NCBI GenBank assembly: GCA_043799385.1
Contig: JAZDNV010000007.1
Coordinates: 1-16,830, forward strand
Origin: Candidatus Aenigmatarchaeota archaeon
GTDB lineage: Archaea > Aenigmatarchaeota > Aenigmatarchaeia > GW2011-AR5
DNA: 16,830 nt
Direction of reading: 5' to 3'
Under the pieces are notes generated by a model. It was not told the DNA's origin. It made no database searches and saw nothing but the letters and a program-made list of their open reading frames with translations. The translations under genes and the position numbers were made by a program. Positions 15,093 through 16,830 of this stretch are shown here, piece after piece (the stretch's first letter is position 1; each line of letters starts with the position of its first letter).

Positions 15093-16511
15093 GTGAGCCA
15101 ATCTATTGCAGCAAGCAGGACAGGGGTAATTGAAAACTTGTTTCGCAAATATCCTGACACACCTCAGGAAAGCATAATAAAGCAAGACCTACTTATTCTG
15201 GGTGAAGGGTTCAGCGAAAGCGCCCTGGCTGCTGCAGCAAACGCTGAGAAAAAGAATTATAACTTGTTCTCCCATGACCTTGTTCCAATGTCGAGCATGC
15301 AGCGGCAAGAATATTTGAAGGCTCCGGAGTGCTTTGCCACTAAAGGAGGGCCTTACGAGTTGCGCCCTATGTGCACGCACACGGTAATATCTCCAGATTC
15401 GCCGTACTTGATTGATGTTATTGACGGAAGACTAAAGCTGCTTCTGGATGGAGTAGCTATAGCTGATGTTGGATACAGCCCTCCTCTTAAGTATTATTCC
15501 AAGTCGTTCTCCGATGGCACGTCTTACAGTGATATCATTGCCCGCGGCAGCAGCGTTATACCATTTCGTCTTTGCCAATTATGGGGTGAAGAAAAAGAAT
15601 GCAAGTTCTGCGACATGAATGAGAATACCAGGCAGGTAAGTGAGTTTAAGTCTCGTTTGCAGGCATCGCCGGTCAAGCCAGTTGAACGAGTTGCAGTCGT
15701 GGCTAACGAGATAGGAAGAGAAGTTCTGGAAAGAGATGGGTATCAAGCGCCTATTGATTTTTATATCAGCGGAGGCACAATAACCGACAAGCTTCATGGA
15801 TTGACTGAGGAAGACTTTTACCTCCAGTACGTCGAGGCTGTCAAGTCTGGAGGGCACCGACGACATATAACCCTATCGACTGGCTCTGCGGACAAGGAGA
15901 CTGCAAAACGTTATCATCGTGTTGGAGTAGATTCGCACTGGGCGAATTTGGAAGTTTGGGACAAGCGCCTGTTTGAATGGATATGCCCTGGAAAATCCGA
16001 ACGAGTTGGTTGGGAGGAATGGGTGAAACGGCTGTTGGACTCTGTAGATATTTTTGGCGAGGGCAATGTCTGCCCTACAATCATCGGCGGGTTGGAAATG
16101 GCTCAGCCCTATGGTTTCAAAACCATCAATGAAGCGGTGAAATCTACCACAGAAGGCCTTACGTATCTCATGTCCCACGGAGTGATGCCGCGTATAAATC
16201 TATGGCGCCGACAACCTGGAACCTTTTTGGTTAAAAACTACAGTCAGCCGCCCGTTTCTCCGGAATACGCCATCGAGTTGATGCGCAACTACTATGAAAA
16301 CTGGAAACGATACGGTCTTCCCCTGCCTCGTCGCATATCTGCCTGTCCTGAACTGAGAGTTCTGGCAAGGGAGCACGGTTTTCGTGACGATTACCTGATA
16401 CTCATGGAGCAAAAAGACTACGGGAACCTGGCTTTGCAGGCATTAGAAAATGCGGGCTACATATGGGGTTACAACCCGAAAGACGCTAATCTTCAAGTTC
16501 GATTAACCTAA
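15093..16511 (+). CDS. Radical SAM superfamily protein with non-canonical Cx8Cx2C motif, function unknown
   Basis: CQLWGEEKECKFCD, ISGG, ANLEVWDKRLFEWICPGK, IIGGLE, GVMP...W...PGT. GTG start with SD-like AGGTGG. Confidence 0.8.
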   Translation: MSQSIAASRTGVIENLFRKYPDTPQESIIKQDLLILGEGFSESALAAAANAEKKNYNLFSHDLVPMSSMQRQEYLKAPECFATKGGPYELRPMCTHTVISPDSPYLIDVIDGRLKLLLDGVAIADVGYSPPLKYYSKSFSDGTSYSDIIARGSSVIPFRLCQLWGEEKECKFCDMNENTRQVSEFKSRLQASPVKPVERVAVVANEIGREVLERDGYQAPIDFYISGGTITDKLHGLTEEDFYLQYVEAVKSGGHRRHITLSTGSADKETAKRYHRVGVDSHWANLEVWDKRLFEWICPGKSERVGWEEWVKRLLDSVDIFGEGNVCPTIIGGLEMAQPYGFKTINEAVKSTTEGLTYLMSHGVMPRINLWRRQPGTFLVKNYSQPPVSPEYAIELMRNYYENWKRYGLPLPRRISACPELRVLAREHGFRDDYLILMEQKDYGNLALQALENAGYIWGYNPKDANLQVRLT

Positions 16512-16550
16512 CTATTTTTAAGCATGCGAATTAATTCTAATAACAATCAT

Positions 16551-16646
16551 GGGCCCATAGCTCAATCGGATAGAGCACTTGAGAAACCAGACGTTTCGGT
16601 GATGCTTCGGACCAAGGGGTTGCGGGTTCGAGTCACGTTGGGCTCA
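16551..16646 (+). tRNA. tRNA-Arg(UCG) with 22-nt intron at position 30/31 (intron 16582-16603)
   Basis: Acceptor gggccca/tgggctc; D arm gctc-aatcggata-gagc with A20 (Arg identity element); spliced anticodon arm cttgg-cttcgga-ccaag (anticodon TCG, 16607-16609); T loop ttcgagt; discriminator A; CCA not encoded. Confidence 0.92.
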
Positions 16647-16650
16647 TTGT

Positions 16651-16733
16651 AGCTTTGCACAAAAACTAGGCTATCACGTCTGCGAACCGTCGATGGACAT
16701 CATACAGATGTCCATCACTTTTTGTGCAAAGCT
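16651..16733. mobile_element. MITE-like palindromic element, copy 2
   Basis: 15-bp perfect TIR agctttgcacaaaaa / tttttgtgcaaagct. Inner perfect IR gatggacatc (16692-16701) / gatgtccatc (16707-16716). Flanked by gctcattgt (16642-16650) and gctcatcgg (16734-16742). Shares aaaaactaggctatc with the reverse complement of copy 1. Confidence 0.65.
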
Positions 16734-16749
16734 GCTCATCGGTGATAAT

Positions 16750-16830
16750 ATGAAAAAATGTGTATTCTGCCAGATAGTAAGCGGCGAAATAAAGTGCCAC
16801 AGGATTTACGAGGACAGGAAGCATATCGCA
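16750..16830 (+). CDS. HIT family protein, 3'-truncated by window edge
   Basis: MKKCVFCQIVSGEIKCHRIYEDRKHIA matches the HIT N-terminus (CxFC.I..GEI....IYED); SD GGTGAT at 16741-16746. Confidence 0.85.
   Translation, partial: MKKCVFCQIVSGEIKCHRIYEDRKHIA

Overview
Archaeal chromosomal window; the small-genome DPANN-type assignment is an inference from gatE plus gatCAB, TATA-type promoters, compact intergenic spaces and a non-canonical tRNA intron. Most of it is translation and cell-division housekeeping: a partial Zn-dependent dehydrogenase, an LsrF-like aldolase/thiolase, e-MtaB methylthiotransferase, gatE, an APC permease, a rhomboid protease, an FtsZ2-type ftsZ, a HemK2-like methyltransferase, gatC-gatA-HD hydrolase-gatB-small Zn ribbon, an atypical radical SAM gene, tRNA-Arg(UCG) and a partial HIT gene. 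Four observations stand out. (1) Two homologous 83-99 bp palindromic elements (3472-3570 and 16651-16733) have compensatorily diverged terminal inverted repeats and degenerate 9-bp flanking direct repeats; they look like a small MITE-like family, and one copy sits at the tRNA 3' end. (2) tRNA-Arg(UCG) carries a 22-nt intron at non-canonical position 30/31 with a complete bulge-helix-bulge motif. (3) The locus between ftsZ and the methyltransferase looks cassette-like: two orphan genes each follow a 20-bp palindromic repeat, and a synonymously diverged copy of the methyltransferase 3' end is stranded between them. (4) A highly structured ~120-nt stretch follows ftsZ. Two small genes absent from the ORF track were also found (10403-10561 and 14788-14967).
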